Part shown: positions 1-10,417 of the stretch, one piece after another | Position numbering within the stretch: position 1 is the stretch's first letter | Layout of the letters: the number at the start of each line of letters is the position of its first letter | Source of the DNA: Candidatus Aminicenantes bacterium | GTDB lineage: Bacteria > Acidobacteriota > Aminicenantia > Aminicenantales > Aminicenantaceae | Assembly (NCBI GenBank): GCA_016783445.1 | Contig: JADHWO010000004.1 | Location: 11,212 to 75,211 of the forward strand | DNA length: 64,000 nucleotides | Reading direction: 5' to 3' | Made by a program: the position numbers and the translations under genes | Notes under the pieces: generated by a model | Seen by the model: only the letters and a program-made list of their open reading frames with translations | Database searches by the model: none | What the model was told of the DNA's origin: nothing

Positions 1-1158
1 GAAGAAGCACGTAATGCTTTAATCGAGGCGACTAACCTCAAAAGAAAAAACAAAGAAAAAATAGCCGTTGCCGTAGGATGTTATGTTGAAAGATATAAAG
101 ACTCCCTTGTAGAAAAATACCCGGAAATCGATATCTGGTTAGGAGTCAAAGATTTCGATAAGATCGTACAGGTAATCGAGGGCAAACCATTTAATAAATC
201 TAAAAATTGCTTCCTCTATGACCATACATCCCCCCGCCTTATTCAGACTCCCCCGGTATGGACATACGTCAAAATATCTGAAGGCTGTTCCCACGAATGT
301 TCCTTCTGCGCCATCCCGCTAATCAAAGGACCTTACCGGTCTCGTCCCATCTCTTCAATCCTTCAGGAAGTCGAAGAGCTCTCCCTCCGGGGAGTCAAAG
401 AAATAAATCTCATCTCTCAGGACACAACTTTTTTTGGCCGTGATCAAGGGCTGGAGGATGGATTGAGCCATCTCCTCCGGCAACTTCTCAAAGTAAAAAA
501 AATCGATTGGATCCGGATCCTCTATGGTTACCCTGAAGAAATAAGCGATTCTCTTTTAGAAATCATGCAGGAGGAAAAAATTTGCTCGTATCTTGATATC
601 CCCTTTCAACATTCAAATCCCCAGATCCTGAAAAAAATGAAAAGAGGAATGGACATGAGGAGGGCTCTAAAATTTATCCAGAAGATAAGGAAAAAGCTGC
701 CTGACGCAACTCTCCGGACATCCCTCGTAGTTGGCTTCCCGGGCGAGGGCAAGAGAGAATTTACCGATTTGAAAAAATTCGTCCATGAAGCAAAATTTAA
801 TCATCTAGGTGTCTTCACTTATTCAAAAGAAGATGGGACATCTTGCTCCTCACTCGGTGACCCTGTCAAAGAGGGTGTAAAAAGAAAAAGAAAAGAGAAA
901 ATCATGGAAATTCAAATGGAAATATCACAGAAGAACAATAAAAAATATCTGAACAAACACATTGATGTCCTGATTGAGGGAACGCTTAAAGAAAACTCAA
1001 ACATATTAATTGGGCGGGGAAAATTCCAGGCTCCTGAAGTTGACGGCAAAATTCTGATGGAAACAAACGGAAAATTATCTGAAGTGGTAAACACTATCCA
1101 AATGGTTGAAATCACAGGTTGGGATGTATATGATTTATACGGAAAATTAGCTCAATGA
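1..1158 (+). CDS. rimO: Ribosomal protein S12 methylthiotransferase RimO (radical SAM MTTase with C-terminal TRAM domain). 5' end lies outside the window; reading frame is open from position 1.
   Basis: Frame-1 translation from nt 1 gives ...CSHECSFCAIPLIKGPYRSRP... (CxxxCxxC radical-SAM motif), then a TRAM-like C-terminus with the RimO-typical APEVDG segment. The listed ORF at 463 is an internal Met. Confidence 0.75.
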   Translation, partial: EEARNALIEATNLKRKNKEKIAVAVGCYVERYKDSLVEKYPEIDIWLGVKDFDKIVQVIEGKPFNKSKNCFLYDHTSPRLIQTPPVWTYVKISEGCSHECSFCAIPLIKGPYRSRPISSILQEVEELSLRGVKEINLISQDTTFFGRDQGLEDGLSHLLRQLLKVKKIDWIRILYGYPEEISDSLLEIMQEEKICSYLDIPFQHSNPQILKKMKRGMDMRRALKFIQKIRKKLPDATLRTSLVVGFPGEGKREFTDLKKFVHEAKFNHLGVFTYSKEDGTSCSSLGDPVKEGVKRKRKEKIMEIQMEISQKNNKKYLNKHIDVLIEGTLKENSNILIGRGKFQAPEVDGKILMETNGKLSEVVNTIQMVEITGWDVYDLYGKLAQ

Positions 1159-1604
1159 AATCCTTGTCAAAAATTATTGCAATTTTTTTTGGTGTGGGCT
1201 ACTTTCCTGTCGCTCCTGGCACTTTAACAAGCCTGCTAGTCGTTGTCCTCTATAAATTCTACCTCTATAAATTAAGCTGGCCTTTTTATCTTCTGCTCGT
1301 TTTTATTCTCTTTTTTGTGGGTGTTTCGGTCTCAACAAAATATTCATTAGAGCTGAAAAAGAAGGACCCTAGAAAAATCGTGATTGATGAGGCAGTTGGC
1401 CAACTTCTTGTTCTCTTCCGGATGAGCGAAGCCTGGTTTCCTATTCTATCCTGCTTCCTCCTCTTCCGTTTCTTTGATATTATTAAACCTTACCCCATAA
1501 GAAAAATCGAAACCCTCCCAGAGGGATGGGGAATCATGATGGATGACATCATTGCTGCGGTGTACGCAGGCGTGATTTTTAATCTTTACTTGATTTTAAA
1601 ATGA
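1155..1604 (+). CDS. pgpA: Phosphatidylglycerophosphatase A
   Basis: 149 aa, N-terminal GVGYFPVAPGTLTS motif typical of PgpA, hydrophobic membrane profile; 4-nt overlap with rimO stop. Confidence 0.75.
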   Translation: MKSLSKIIAIFFGVGYFPVAPGTLTSLLVVVLYKFYLYKLSWPFYLLLVFILFFVGVSVSTKYSLELKKKDPRKIVIDEAVGQLLVLFRMSEAWFPILSCFLLFRFFDIIKPYPIRKIETLPEGWGIMMDDIIAAVYAGVIFNLYLILK

Positions 1605-2875
1605 AGAACAAAAAGGACTATAAAATAGAGATTTTAGCCATTGGCTCTGAGCTTCTTACTCCTTACTACCAAGACACTAATTCTCTCTATTTAACAGAAC
1701 GTTTTAATGACCTGGGAATGGAAGTCTTTTATAAAACAATAGTGGGAGATGACTGGGACAATCTAGTTCTATCTATTAAGCAGGCTTTAGACAAATCAAA
1801 CCTTATTGTTGGCATGGGCGGCCTTGGCCCCACAAAAGACGACAGAACTCGAGAGGCTTTTGCCACTGTGCTTCAGAGAAAGCTCATCTTTAAAAAAACG
1901 ATTCTCAAAAAAATCGAAGAGAGATTTAATCGCAGAAAGCTTTCCATGCCTGCTGTAAACAAAAAGCAGGCCTATATCATAAACGGAGCAGAAGTCCTTG
2001 AAAACAGGAATGGTACGGCTCCTGGCTTATGGCTTGATACAGGGACTAAAATAATCATCCTTCTGCCCGGCCCTCCCCATGAACTTAAGCCCATGTTTGA
2101 ATCCTCAGTCTGGACACGCCTACAAAATTTCAGAACAGATTATTCGGTCCGTAAAATATTAAAAATTACAGGACTGACTGAATCCAAGATCGAAACTCTT
2201 CTCACAGACCTCTATCCCCGGGAGCCAGGTCTCAAGATCACAACCCTTGCCTATCCCGGCCAGATAGAAATCCACATCACCAGCCATTCAAAGCAGAGTC
2301 AGGACCTGGCAGAGAAAAAAACCCAAAAACTGATAAAAAACATACTTAAAAGGCTTAAAGAAAATGTCTTTTCTACCTCAGGTGAAGAGCTTGAGGCTGT
2401 GATTGGGAGGCTTTTAAAGCACAAAACAAAAACCCTGGCTACAGCTGAATCATGTACCGGAGGCTTTCTTGGCCACCGCATCACAAATGTCCCTGGTAGC
2501 TCAAACTATTTCTTACACGGCGTAGTGACCTACAGCAACAATGCAAAAATGAATAACCTGGGAGTTCCCTCTGATTTAATCGAAAAACACGGAGCTGTTA
2601 GCTCCCAGGTCGCCGAGGCCATGGCTAAAGGGATCAGAGAAAAAGCACAAGCAAGTTTTGGCCTTGCCATAACCGGAATAGCAGGTCCAACAGGTGGAAC
2701 CCCGGAAAAACCCGTAGGCCTAGTTTATACTGCCCTTGCCTGGGATAAAGAAACAGAAGTCTCAAAGAACCTTTTTTTAGGGAACCGGGAGACCATAAAA
2801 TTCCAGTCCAGCCAAAAAGCCCTGGACATGTTACGAAGACATCTGTTTAAATTCCACATAAGTAAAGAGGACTGA
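1601..2875 (+). CDS. cinA: CinA-family competence/damage-inducible protein (MocF-like N-domain plus C-terminal CinA/PncC nicotinamide-nucleotide amidohydrolase domain)
   Basis: 424 aa; N-terminal GMGGLGPTKDD molybdopterin-binding-fold motif and C-terminal TAESCTGG...ITGIAGP CinA motif. Confidence 0.85.
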   Translation: MKNKKDYKIEILAIGSELLTPYYQDTNSLYLTERFNDLGMEVFYKTIVGDDWDNLVLSIKQALDKSNLIVGMGGLGPTKDDRTREAFATVLQRKLIFKKTILKKIEERFNRRKLSMPAVNKKQAYIINGAEVLENRNGTAPGLWLDTGTKIIILLPGPPHELKPMFESSVWTRLQNFRTDYSVRKILKITGLTESKIETLLTDLYPREPGLKITTLAYPGQIEIHITSHSKQSQDLAEKKTQKLIKNILKRLKENVFSTSGEELEAVIGRLLKHKTKTLATAESCTGGFLGHRITNVPGSSNYFLHGVVTYSNNAKMNNLGVPSDLIEKHGAVSSQVAEAMAKGIREKAQASFGLAITGIAGPTGGTPEKPVGLVYTALAWDKETEVSKNLFLGNRETIKFQSSQKALDMLRRHLFKFHISKED

Positions 2876-2876
2876 A

Positions 2877-3443
2877 TTGAGAACTTTTATCGCTATCAAC
2901 CTCAGTCAGGAGATAAAAAAAACACTCTCCCACCTTATCGATGAACTTGACATGCTTGATAAAGGGAAGAAAAAAATAAGATGGATAAAACAAGAAGGCA
3001 AACATTTAACTCTTAAATTTTTGGGGGAAATCAGCCAGGAAAAAGCACTTGAAATTAAAAATGTTCTGGAAAGGATTTCAGAAAAATTCAAACCTTTTAT
3101 TCTTAAAATCAAAGGGACCGGCCGCTTCCCTCCAGGAGGAAAAAATCCAAGGGTGCTCTGGGTCGGGATCGAAGAAGAGAAAACCCTGTTTGCACTCCAA
3201 TCTCAATTGGAAGGAGAGATGGAAAAATTGGGCTTTCCAAGAGAACAGCGGAAATTTCGTCCTCATCTCACGCTTGGCAGAGTCAAAACTTTCTCCAGTC
3301 TCAGAGAAACGCTTCTTCTTATTGATAAATACAGGGAAAGAAATCTTGGAGAAATGGATGTGGAAAAAATCACTTTTATCCAGAGTGTTCTCAAACCAAC
3401 AGGAGCAGAATATTCTGTAATTTCTGAGGTCGAACTTAAATGA
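2877..3443 (+). CDS. thpR: RNA 2',3'-cyclic phosphodiesterase (2H phosphoesterase, LigT/ThpR)
   Basis: 188 aa with two H-x-T-L motifs (HLTLKF, HLTLGR); TTG start preceded by AAGAGG. Confidence 0.7.
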   Translation: MRTFIAINLSQEIKKTLSHLIDELDMLDKGKKKIRWIKQEGKHLTLKFLGEISQEKALEIKNVLERISEKFKPFILKIKGTGRFPPGGKNPRVLWVGIEEEKTLFALQSQLEGEMEKLGFPREQRKFRPHLTLGRVKTFSSLRETLLLIDKYRERNLGEMDVEKITFIQSVLKPTGAEYSVISEVELK

Positions 3444-4030
3444 AAATACTTCTAGCCCTCCTATCTTATTTTTTTGGAGCCATCCCTTCGGGATATATCT
3501 TTTTTCATTTGAGCGAAAAAAAGGACATCCGAAACTTTGGGAGCCAAACTACAGGAGCTACTAATGTTCTCCGCCTTAAAGGCTTTAAATATGCTCTTCC
3601 AGTGGGTCTGTTTGATGTTTTCAAAGGGTTCCTGCCAGTTTTTTTGGCTTTAATATTATTTCAAGATAAACTCCTTGCGCTGGCTTGCGCTTCTTTAGCT
3701 GTTTTGGGCCACTGTTTTCCTGTCTTTATTAAGTTTAAAGGAGGAAAAGGCCTGGCGACCACATTTGGTGCTTATGCTGTATTAGCTTTTAAGCCTTTTC
3801 TTCTCAGTGTGGCCATTTTTTTAATTGTTGCTGGAATAAGCCGGTATGTGTCCCTGAGCTCGCTCCTTGCTGCCCTGAGTTATCCCTTCTTTATCTTCCT
3901 TTTTAAAGAAGAAGTTGAAATCGCTTACTTAAGTTTTGCTCTTTTTTTGTTGATTATGTTTATGCATCGGGGCAATATTAAAAGGCTTATTAAAGGCAAA
4001 GAAAGAAAATTAGGAGAGAAAGCCAAATGA
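3440..4030 (+). CDS. plsY: Glycerol-3-phosphate acyltransferase PlsY
   Basis: 196 aa membrane protein; GSQTTGATNVLR matches the PlsY GSGNxGATN signature; overlaps thpR stop. Confidence 0.85.
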   Translation: MKILLALLSYFFGAIPSGYIFFHLSEKKDIRNFGSQTTGATNVLRLKGFKYALPVGLFDVFKGFLPVFLALILFQDKLLALACASLAVLGHCFPVFIKFKGGKGLATTFGAYAVLAFKPFLLSVAIFLIVAGISRYVSLSSLLAALSYPFFIFLFKEEVEIAYLSFALFLLIMFMHRGNIKRLIKGKERKLGEKAK

Positions 4031-5055
4031 AAGCAAGTGTAATTGGTGGAGGCTCTTGGGGAAGCGCTTTTGCACTTCATCTTGGCAAGCTTGATATAAA
4101 AACCCGGCTCTGGATAAGAGAAAAGGATGTTTATGAAGAAACGCTTCAGTTTAAGGAAAACAGAGCTTTTCTGCCCGGATTTGTCTTCCCTCCAACAGTT
4201 ACTTTTTTCCACAACATGGAAGAAGCCGTGGCATCTTCAGATGTCGTTTTTATTGCTGTTCCTTCTAAATTCTGCCGGCAGATTTATGAGAAGCTCGCCG
4301 CCCATCTTTCCTCCAATCATAAAATCGTCAGCCTTACAAAAGGAATTGAAGAAGGTTCTCTAAAAAGAATGAGCGAGGTCATGGAAGAAGTTTTTTCTCC
4401 TTTTTTTACCCCACATATTGCTGTGCTTTCTGGTCCAAGCTTTGCCAAGGAAGTTGTAGAAAACCATCCCACTGCAGTGGTTTTAGCCTCAAAAGAGGAA
4501 GACCTGGCTAAAAAAGCACAACATCTTATCTCATCTCCTACTTTCCGCACTTACACATCAGATGATATAGCTGGGGTAGAACTTGCAGGATCTATAAAAA
4601 ACGTCATCGCAATAGCAGCCGGAATTTCAGATGCCTTTTTATTCGGCAGTAATTCTGTTGCAGCTTTAGTAACAAGAGGGATTGCTGAAATGACAAGATT
4701 AGGGTTAAAATTAGGAGCCAAGATGGAAACTTTTGCCGGATTAGCAGGTATCGGTGACCTTGTGCTCACCTGCACAGGGAAATTAAGCCGTAACCGTTAT
4801 ATCGGTTTAGAAATGGGGAGAGGAAAAAATCTCCCTGAAATAGTCTCCGCCATTAAAATGGTAGCCGAAGGAGTAACCACGACTCTTTCTGTCCACCAAC
4901 TGGCAGAAAGGGAAAAAGTGGAGATGCCTATCTGCGAACAAATATATCAGGTGCTTTATAAAAATAAAGATCCCAGGACTGCTCTTCAAAACCTGATGGC
5001 AAGAAAATTAAAAAGTGAATATACAGCACAACAGGAGGAAATAAATGAGACCTAA
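4027..5055 (+). CDS. gpsA: NAD(P)H-dependent glycerol-3-phosphate dehydrogenase
   Basis: 342 aa; N-terminal VIGGGSWGSAFA Rossmann motif and overall GpsA architecture. Adjacent to plsY as in many bacteria. Confidence 0.9.
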   Translation: MKASVIGGGSWGSAFALHLGKLDIKTRLWIREKDVYEETLQFKENRAFLPGFVFPPTVTFFHNMEEAVASSDVVFIAVPSKFCRQIYEKLAAHLSSNHKIVSLTKGIEEGSLKRMSEVMEEVFSPFFTPHIAVLSGPSFAKEVVENHPTAVVLASKEEDLAKKAQHLISSPTFRTYTSDDIAGVELAGSIKNVIAIAAGISDAFLFGSNSVAALVTRGIAEMTRLGLKLGAKMETFAGLAGIGDLVLTCTGKLSRNRYIGLEMGRGKNLPEIVSAIKMVAEGVTTTLSVHQLAEREKVEMPICEQIYQVLYKNKDPRTALQNLMARKLKSEYTAQQEEINET

Positions 5056-5821
5056 ATTAACCATTATTTTTTTCATCTGTCTGAATATGCTTCTTTGTGC
5101 TTCACCTCAGAAAAAAATTGAAAAAGCGAGGGAGAAAGATCCTCTCCACCAGTGCAACATGGGTTTATTCCATCTGAACGAAGGAAATATCGATGAAGCC
5201 ATTAAATATCTAAATAAAGCTCTCTCGCTTAATCCCCGCTACGATCTCGCTTTAAATGCCCTTGGCTTGGCCCATTCTATGAAAGGAAATTTTGCAGAAT
5301 CTGAGAAGAATTTCCAGAAATGTCTACAAGTTAATCCTTCAATGACTGAAGCTCATAACTATCTTGGAACTGTTTACCAGGAGATGGGATTCATTGATAA
5401 AGCTGAAAGAGAATTCAGAATTGCCGCCTTAGATAGAAACTATAAATCAAGGGAGCTCCCTTATTACAATCTGGCAAGATTATACATTCTGAAGGAAAAG
5501 CTCACGGAAGCCCTCGAGTATGTCAATAGGTCACTCGAAATAAATGACAGTTTCCGTATGGCTTATAACCTCAAGGGAATCATTTTAGAAAGACAATTAA
5601 AATTTGATGAGGCGGTTGAATGCTATAAGGAAGCCCTTAAAAATCTTGAGGTTGGCATTAATCCTAAAGTTTATGTTGATATTAGCTTTAATCTCGGAGT
5701 GGTATATTTTAAAAACAATGAGTTTAAAGAGGCAAAGAAAATTTTTGAAAAGATCTCTTCCTATGTCACAGACCTTGATATGAAGGAAAAGATAGACAAG
5801 TATTTAAAAATGATCAAATAA
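5045..5821 (+). CDS. TPR-repeat protein with N-terminal signal peptide, probable lipoprotein
   Basis: 258 aa; hydrophobic N-terminus ending in Cys (LLCAS), multiple 34-aa TPR-like repeats (ALxLNPxY...); start overlaps gpsA stop. Confidence 0.6.
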   Translation: MRPKLTIIFFICLNMLLCASPQKKIEKAREKDPLHQCNMGLFHLNEGNIDEAIKYLNKALSLNPRYDLALNALGLAHSMKGNFAESEKNFQKCLQVNPSMTEAHNYLGTVYQEMGFIDKAEREFRIAALDRNYKSRELPYYNLARLYILKEKLTEALEYVNRSLEINDSFRMAYNLKGIILERQLKFDEAVECYKEALKNLEVGINPKVYVDISFNLGVVYFKNNEFKEAKKIFEKISSYVTDLDMKEKIDKYLKMIK

Positions 5822-5840
5822 AATGGGGACGGTTCTATTT

Positions 5841-7097
5841 TTATGTTCCTTCCTGCCAACCAGCCAGATATTCCTTCTGCTCTGCGGTAAGCCTGTCAAT
5901 TTTCACGCCAAGAGTCTTCAACTTCATACGGGCTATCTCCTTATCGATCCTTTCTGGAACAGGATAAACTTTTTTCTCAAAATTCTTCCCCTCTCTAAAA
6001 AGATGTAAAACACTGAGTGCCTGATTGGCAAAACTCATATCCATAACTACAGCAGGATGCCCTTCAGCGGCAGCCAGGTTGATTAACCGCCCTTCAGCAA
6101 GAAGACAAATTTTTCTTCCGTTTTTTAAAGTGTACTCTTCAACAAAATCCCTTATCTGTCTTTTTTTCCGGGCAAGGTTCTCCAGGGCCGGAATATCAAT
6201 TTCGACGTTGAAGTGACCGGAATTGGCAACAATAGCACCATCCTTCATCCTTAAAAAATGATCCCGGCTTAAAATGCTTTTATTTCCTGTAGCTGTTACA
6301 AATACATCACCGATCTTAGCAGCATCTTTTATAGACATAACCTGATAACCATCCATAACCGCTTCCAGAGCCCTTAGAGAATCTACTTCGCAAATAATGA
6401 CCTTGGCTCCTGCACCTCCCGCTCTCATAGCTATTCCCCGGCCGCACCATCCGTAACCTACAACAACAAAATTCAATCCAGCAAAAAGAATATTGGTTGC
6501 CCTTATAATCCCATCTACCGTACTCTGTCCTGTTCCGTAGCGGTTATCAAAAAGGTGTTTTGTGTTAGCATCATTGACCGCAATAATCGGATAAAGAAGC
6601 ACCTTATTTTTAGCCATGTTTTTTAATCGAATTACACCGGTAGTCGTCTCTTCGGTTCCTCCAATAACACCTTTAAGGAGATTTTTTCTTTTTGAGTGCA
6701 GGGTCGACACAAGATCCGCTCCATCATCCATGGTTATATGGGGACCATGATCAAGAGATTGATTGATGTGTCTGTAATATGTCTTGTTATCCTCTCCATT
6801 TATAGCAAAAACAGGAATGCCATAGTGCTTTACAAGAGCGGCAGCAACTTCATCCTGGGTACTTAGGGGATTAGAAGCTGTAAGGGCCAATTCCGCTCCT
6901 GCATTCTTCAATACCTTCATCAAGTTTCCAGTTTCGCTCGTTACATGTAGACAGGCGGAAATTCTGACTCGCTTTAAAGGTTTCTCTTTGGTGAATTTTT
7001 CATTTATAAAACCCAGGACAGGCATGTATTTCTGAGCCCATTCCATTTTGAGCTTACCTTTCTCTGCAAGCTTCAAGTCTTTAACGTCGTGTTCCAT
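5841..7097 (-). CDS. ahcY: Adenosylhomocysteinase (S-adenosyl-L-homocysteine hydrolase)
   Basis: 418 aa; full-length similarity to AhcY including the NAD-binding GYGWCGRG motif. Confidence 0.9.
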   Translation of the reverse strand: MEHDVKDLKLAEKGKLKMEWAQKYMPVLGFINEKFTKEKPLKRVRISACLHVTSETGNLMKVLKNAGAELALTASNPLSTQDEVAAALVKHYGIPVFAINGEDNKTYYRHINQSLDHGPHITMDDGADLVSTLHSKRKNLLKGVIGGTEETTTGVIRLKNMAKNKVLLYPIIAVNDANTKHLFDNRYGTGQSTVDGIIRATNILFAGLNFVVVGYGWCGRGIAMRAGGAGAKVIICEVDSLRALEAVMDGYQVMSIKDAAKIGDVFVTATGNKSILSRDHFLRMKDGAIVANSGHFNVEIDIPALENLARKKRQIRDFVEEYTLKNGRKICLLAEGRLINLAAAEGHPAVVMDMSFANQALSVLHLFREGKNFEKKVYPVPERIDKEIARMKLKTLGVKIDRLTAEQKEYLAGWQEGT

Positions 7098-7134
7098 TCT
7101 CCTCTCCTTTTAAGCCTTATTTGCCAACCGCACC

Positions 7135-8301
7135 TTAGAGTCCGGCATCCTTCCTCAGTGCTTCGTCTATATCAAGTCTTTCCCAGGTAAATTCTTTCTC
7201 TGCGCGGCCAAAGTGCCCGAAACAGGCTGTCTCTTTGTAGATGGGACGAAGCAAATTTAATGTCTGGATCATCTCCTTCGGAGAAAGATTAAAATGTTCC
7301 CTTATCATTTTTTTTATTCTATCCTCTGATATTTTTGATGTCCCGAAAGAATCCACCATTATTGAGACTGGATGAGGCACTCCGATAGCATAGGCGATCT
7401 GAACCTCTAATTTATCTGCAATACCGGCTGCAACTAAATTCTTTGCAACATAACGAGCCATATATGAACCTGAGCGGTCCACCTTAGAGGGATCCTTTCC
7501 GGAAAAACACCCTCCTCCATGGCTGCCGACACCTCCGTAAGTATCCACAATTATTTTCCGCCCTGTAACGCCTGAATCTGCAAAAGGCCCACCCCGTTCA
7601 AACCGGCCTGTTTCATTAATATAGACCTTAGTATTTTTATCGTACATTTCAGGCGGGATGATCTCTTTAATAACAATATCCTTGATGTCCTCCCTCAAAT
7701 CGCTCATCTTAACTTCATTGTTATGCTGGGCAGCAATCACAATGGCATCTACTCTTCGGGGTTTATGTCCTTCATATTCAACAGTGACCTGAGATTTCCC
7801 ATCCGGCCTGAGATAATTTAATGTTTTTTCCTTCCGAACCTGGCTCAGCCGCCTCACGAGCTTATGAGCAAGCATAATAGGTATCGGCATGAGTTCCTCT
7901 GTTTCTCTGCACGCATAGCCAAACATCAGGCCCTGGTCTCCAGCTCCTTGTTCACGATCTCCAGTTTCATTAACGCCTATAGCAATGTCAGGAGACTGCT
8001 CATGGATGGAAGAGACAACACAACATGTTTTATAATCAAATCCGTATTCGGCATTCGTGTATCCGATTTGCTTAACTGTGTCTCTGACAACTTTCTGGAA
8101 CTCGCAATAGCCTTCACTAGTTATTTCTCCTGCGATAAGAACAAGTCCAGTGGTTACTAATGTTTCGCAAGCTACTCGACTGTTGGAATCCTGTTTGATA
8201 AGATCGTCAAGTATAGCGTCAGAGACCTGATCACAAATCTTATCCGGATGTCCCTCTGTCACAGATTCAGAAGTAAAAAAATATTTTCCCTCTTTACTCA
8301 T
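7135..8301 (-). CDS. metK: S-adenosylmethionine synthetase
   Basis: 388 aa; N-terminal [24 protein letters not shown] and [16 protein letters not shown] MetK signatures; forms a methyl-cycle pair with ahcY. Confidence 0.95.
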   Translation of the reverse strand: MSKEGKYFFTSESVTEGHPDKICDQVSDAILDDLIKQDSNSRVACETLVTTGLVLIAGEITSEGYCEFQKVVRDTVKQIGYTNAEYGFDYKTCCVVSSIHEQSPDIAIGVNETGDREQGAGDQGLMFGYACRETEELMPIPIMLAHKLVRRLSQVRKEKTLNYLRPDGKSQVTVEYEGHKPRRVDAIVIAAQHNNEVKMSDLREDIKDIVIKEIIPPEMYDKNTKVYINETGRFERGGPFADSGVTGRKIIVDTYGGVGSHGGGCFSGKDPSKVDRSGSYMARYVAKNLVAAGIADKLEVQIAYAIGVPHPVSIMVDSFGTSKISEDRIKKMIREHFNLSPKEMIQTLNLLRPIYKETACFGHFGRAEKEFTWERLDIDEALRKDAGL

Positions 8302-8388
8302 ATCTCACCTCATCTGAATTATAGGATGGCAAAATTGCGTAGCAGAAAAATTAACATAAAAAGAACTCATTTTCAATGAAAAAAAGAC

Positions 8389-8926
8389 GGTTCTCTTCTA
8401 TTTTGTGCGGGCAAAACATGTCTTGATAGATTAATAGAAAGTGTTCGGGGATGGATGAAGCGACCTTTGAAGATTTAGCCTCTCTGAATCGCGCTTCGAG
8501 GAAACCCGACAGAGTCGGGCGGCGAGTATGTATAAGCTCAGACCAGTGGATTCAGAAAACACGCAACTTTTGCCCCAGCAATACAAACATTTAAATTTTG
8601 CGAAGGCCAGCAGGTAAAAAAAACCGTTTGAAGGCAAAGCGGGCATGGTTCACAAAATTGGGGACAGTCCCTATAAATACAAAAGGGACAGTCCCCATTT
8701 TGTGAGAGCGAAGCCTGAAACCGAGCAGCTTTTGACTCGCTGGGGCAAAAGTTGCGTGTTTTTGAACCTGCTGACCTGAGCTCTCCTTCAAACGGTTTTT
8801 TCCACCCACTGCCCTTCGCTTATGCGTTGAATAGACTGATGAAGGGATAGCGTGAAAAATCTGAACGGGAGCGAGACCATTCACAAATACTTACTGATTA
8901 ATACCCACACAAAATGGAAGAGAACC
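8389..8926. mobile_element. MITE-like non-coding foldback element, copy 1 (538 bp); 23-bp terminal inverted repeats GGTTCTCTTC(T/C)ATTTTGTG(C/T)GGG; flanked by 8-bp direct duplication AAAAAGAC
   Basis: 5' end ggttctcttctattttgtgcggg at 8389 and 3' end cccacacaaaatggaagagaacc ending at 8926 are reverse complements. aaaaagac is present immediately outside both ends. The interior is a long palindrome (cagaaaacacgcaacttttgcccc / ggggcaaaagttgcgtgtttttg) with no credible ORF. Two more copies in the window. Confidence 0.8.
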
Positions 8927-9073
8927 AAAAAGACTTAGACTACTTTTATTCAACAGGAGGGATCAACGCGCTACTTTCGTAAGAATATTATTTTCTATTT
9001 CCTTTTTACTTTTTTTCTCAATTTGAATTTGTATTTCAATTTATGTTATTTTTAAACCGCTTAAACTTGAGCC

Positions 9074-10417
9074 ATGAATAAAGTTTCTTTATTAAAAAAC
9101 AAGCTTTTAATACTCAGCTTATCCCTTTTTCTTTTTGGGTGGTACTCTTATTCTCAAGCTCAGGATGAAAAAAACCTACCTTTCCCCATAACTCTATTCA
9201 AATTAAAAAACGGGCTGCAGGTTATTCTCTCAGAAGACTCTTCCCTACCTCTTGTTTCGGTTGTTGTTGCTTATAATGTTGGCTCCATGTATGAGGAGCC
9301 TGGAAAGACTGGCTTGGCTTATTTGCTGGAGAATCTGATGTTCCAGGGTTCAGAAAATGTCAGCAGGATGCAGCACTACAGCATTATCCACAACGCTGGA
9401 GGGGAGCTTAATGCCGCTACCTCAGCAGATAAAACCATTTTTTTCCAAACTGTACCTTCCAACCAGCTTGCACGGGTGCTTTGGCTTGAATCGGACAGGA
9501 TGATGTCTCTTGAGATTAACGACTTAAATGTCCAACAGGTCAAAGATATTCTTATTGAAGAGATTCATCACAGGAAAGCAACCAATCCTTACCTGGAAAG
9601 TTATTATAGATTTGACCAGTTTATCTACCCTGATTTTTTTTACAGTCATCCTGTTATAGGAAACGAATCCGACTTAATAAACATAACAGTTGAAGATGTT
9701 AAAAAATTCTATTCCACTTTTTATAAACCTAATAATGCTGTCCTTTCAATTGCCGGAAATATAAACAAAAAGAAAGCAGAAGAGGAAATCAGAAAATATT
9801 TTGAAACTATACCTGAGGGGCAAAACTTCCCTCCTGTCACTTCTCCAAAGCTTCCAGAAAGAAAACCCATAATCAGAACTCATAAAGATCCTTCTGTCCC
9901 CTCTCCGGGTTTTCACCTAGGTTACAGGATGGCTTCTCCATCAACAGATGATTTCTATCCTCTTAGAATTATTGAGTATATTCTTCTACATGGGAAAACA
10001 TCCCGTCTCTACAAAAGGCTGATTAAAAGAGACCGTACTGCCTCCCATCTAAGCGGGAGCATTGAAATAAGGAAAAACCTTGCACGTTTAAAAATATTTG
10101 TTGTTTGCGGCAACACAACAATGATGGAGAGGAGTAAAAGGGCTATAATTTCTGAGATTAACAGGCTTAAAATGAGCCTTATATCTGAAAAAGAGCTACA
10201 AAAATCAAAAAATTTGTTTAAGATGGACTACATCAATCAGTATGCGACCTCTGGAGATAAGGCTCGATTCCTTGCCGAGAGTTTTCTTTCTAAAAAAAGC
10301 CTCGACCATCTAGCCAATGAGCTAAAAAAGTACCTTGCTGTAACTCGTGGTGATATTATAGGAATTATGAGGAAATATTTTACTCATGAAAGTATTACTC
10401 TTAATATAATAAAATGA
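9074..10417 (+). CDS. M16-family (pitrilysin/insulinase-like) peptidase homolog with signal peptide. The zinc-binding HxxEH motif is degenerate (YLLEN), so probably non-catalytic.
   Basis: 447 aa; M16 N- and C-domain architecture. Motif position reads GLAYLLENLMFQGSE instead of HFLEHMLF. Confidence 0.65.
   Translation: MNKVSLLKNKLLILSLSLFLFGWYSYSQAQDEKNLPFPITLFKLKNGLQVILSEDSSLPLVSVVVAYNVGSMYEEPGKTGLAYLLENLMFQGSENVSRMQHYSIIHNAGGELNAATSADKTIFFQTVPSNQLARVLWLESDRMMSLEINDLNVQQVKDILIEEIHHRKATNPYLESYYRFDQFIYPDFFYSHPVIGNESDLINITVEDVKKFYSTFYKPNNAVLSIAGNINKKKAEEEIRKYFETIPEGQNFPPVTSPKLPERKPIIRTHKDPSVPSPGFHLGYRMASPSTDDFYPLRIIEYILLHGKTSRLYKRLIKRDRTASHLSGSIEIRKNLARLKIFVVCGNTTMMERSKRAIISEINRLKMSLISEKELQKSKNLFKMDYINQYATSGDKARFLAESFLSKKSLDHLANELKKYLAVTRGDIIGIMRKYFTHESITLNIIK

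Noticed and set aside
8431-8884. Conserved 71-97 aa ORFs (MPALPSNGFFYLLAFAKF..., MNGLAPVQIFHAIPSS...) that recur in each copy of the repeated element (also 34826-35244, 36552-36952)
   Set aside because: They lie inside the palindromic foldback element and are conserved only because the DNA repeat is conserved. Differences between copies include frame-disrupting rearrangements (copy 3). There are no RBS or start-context signals, and the composition reflects the hairpin arms read in both directions. Treated as non-coding.
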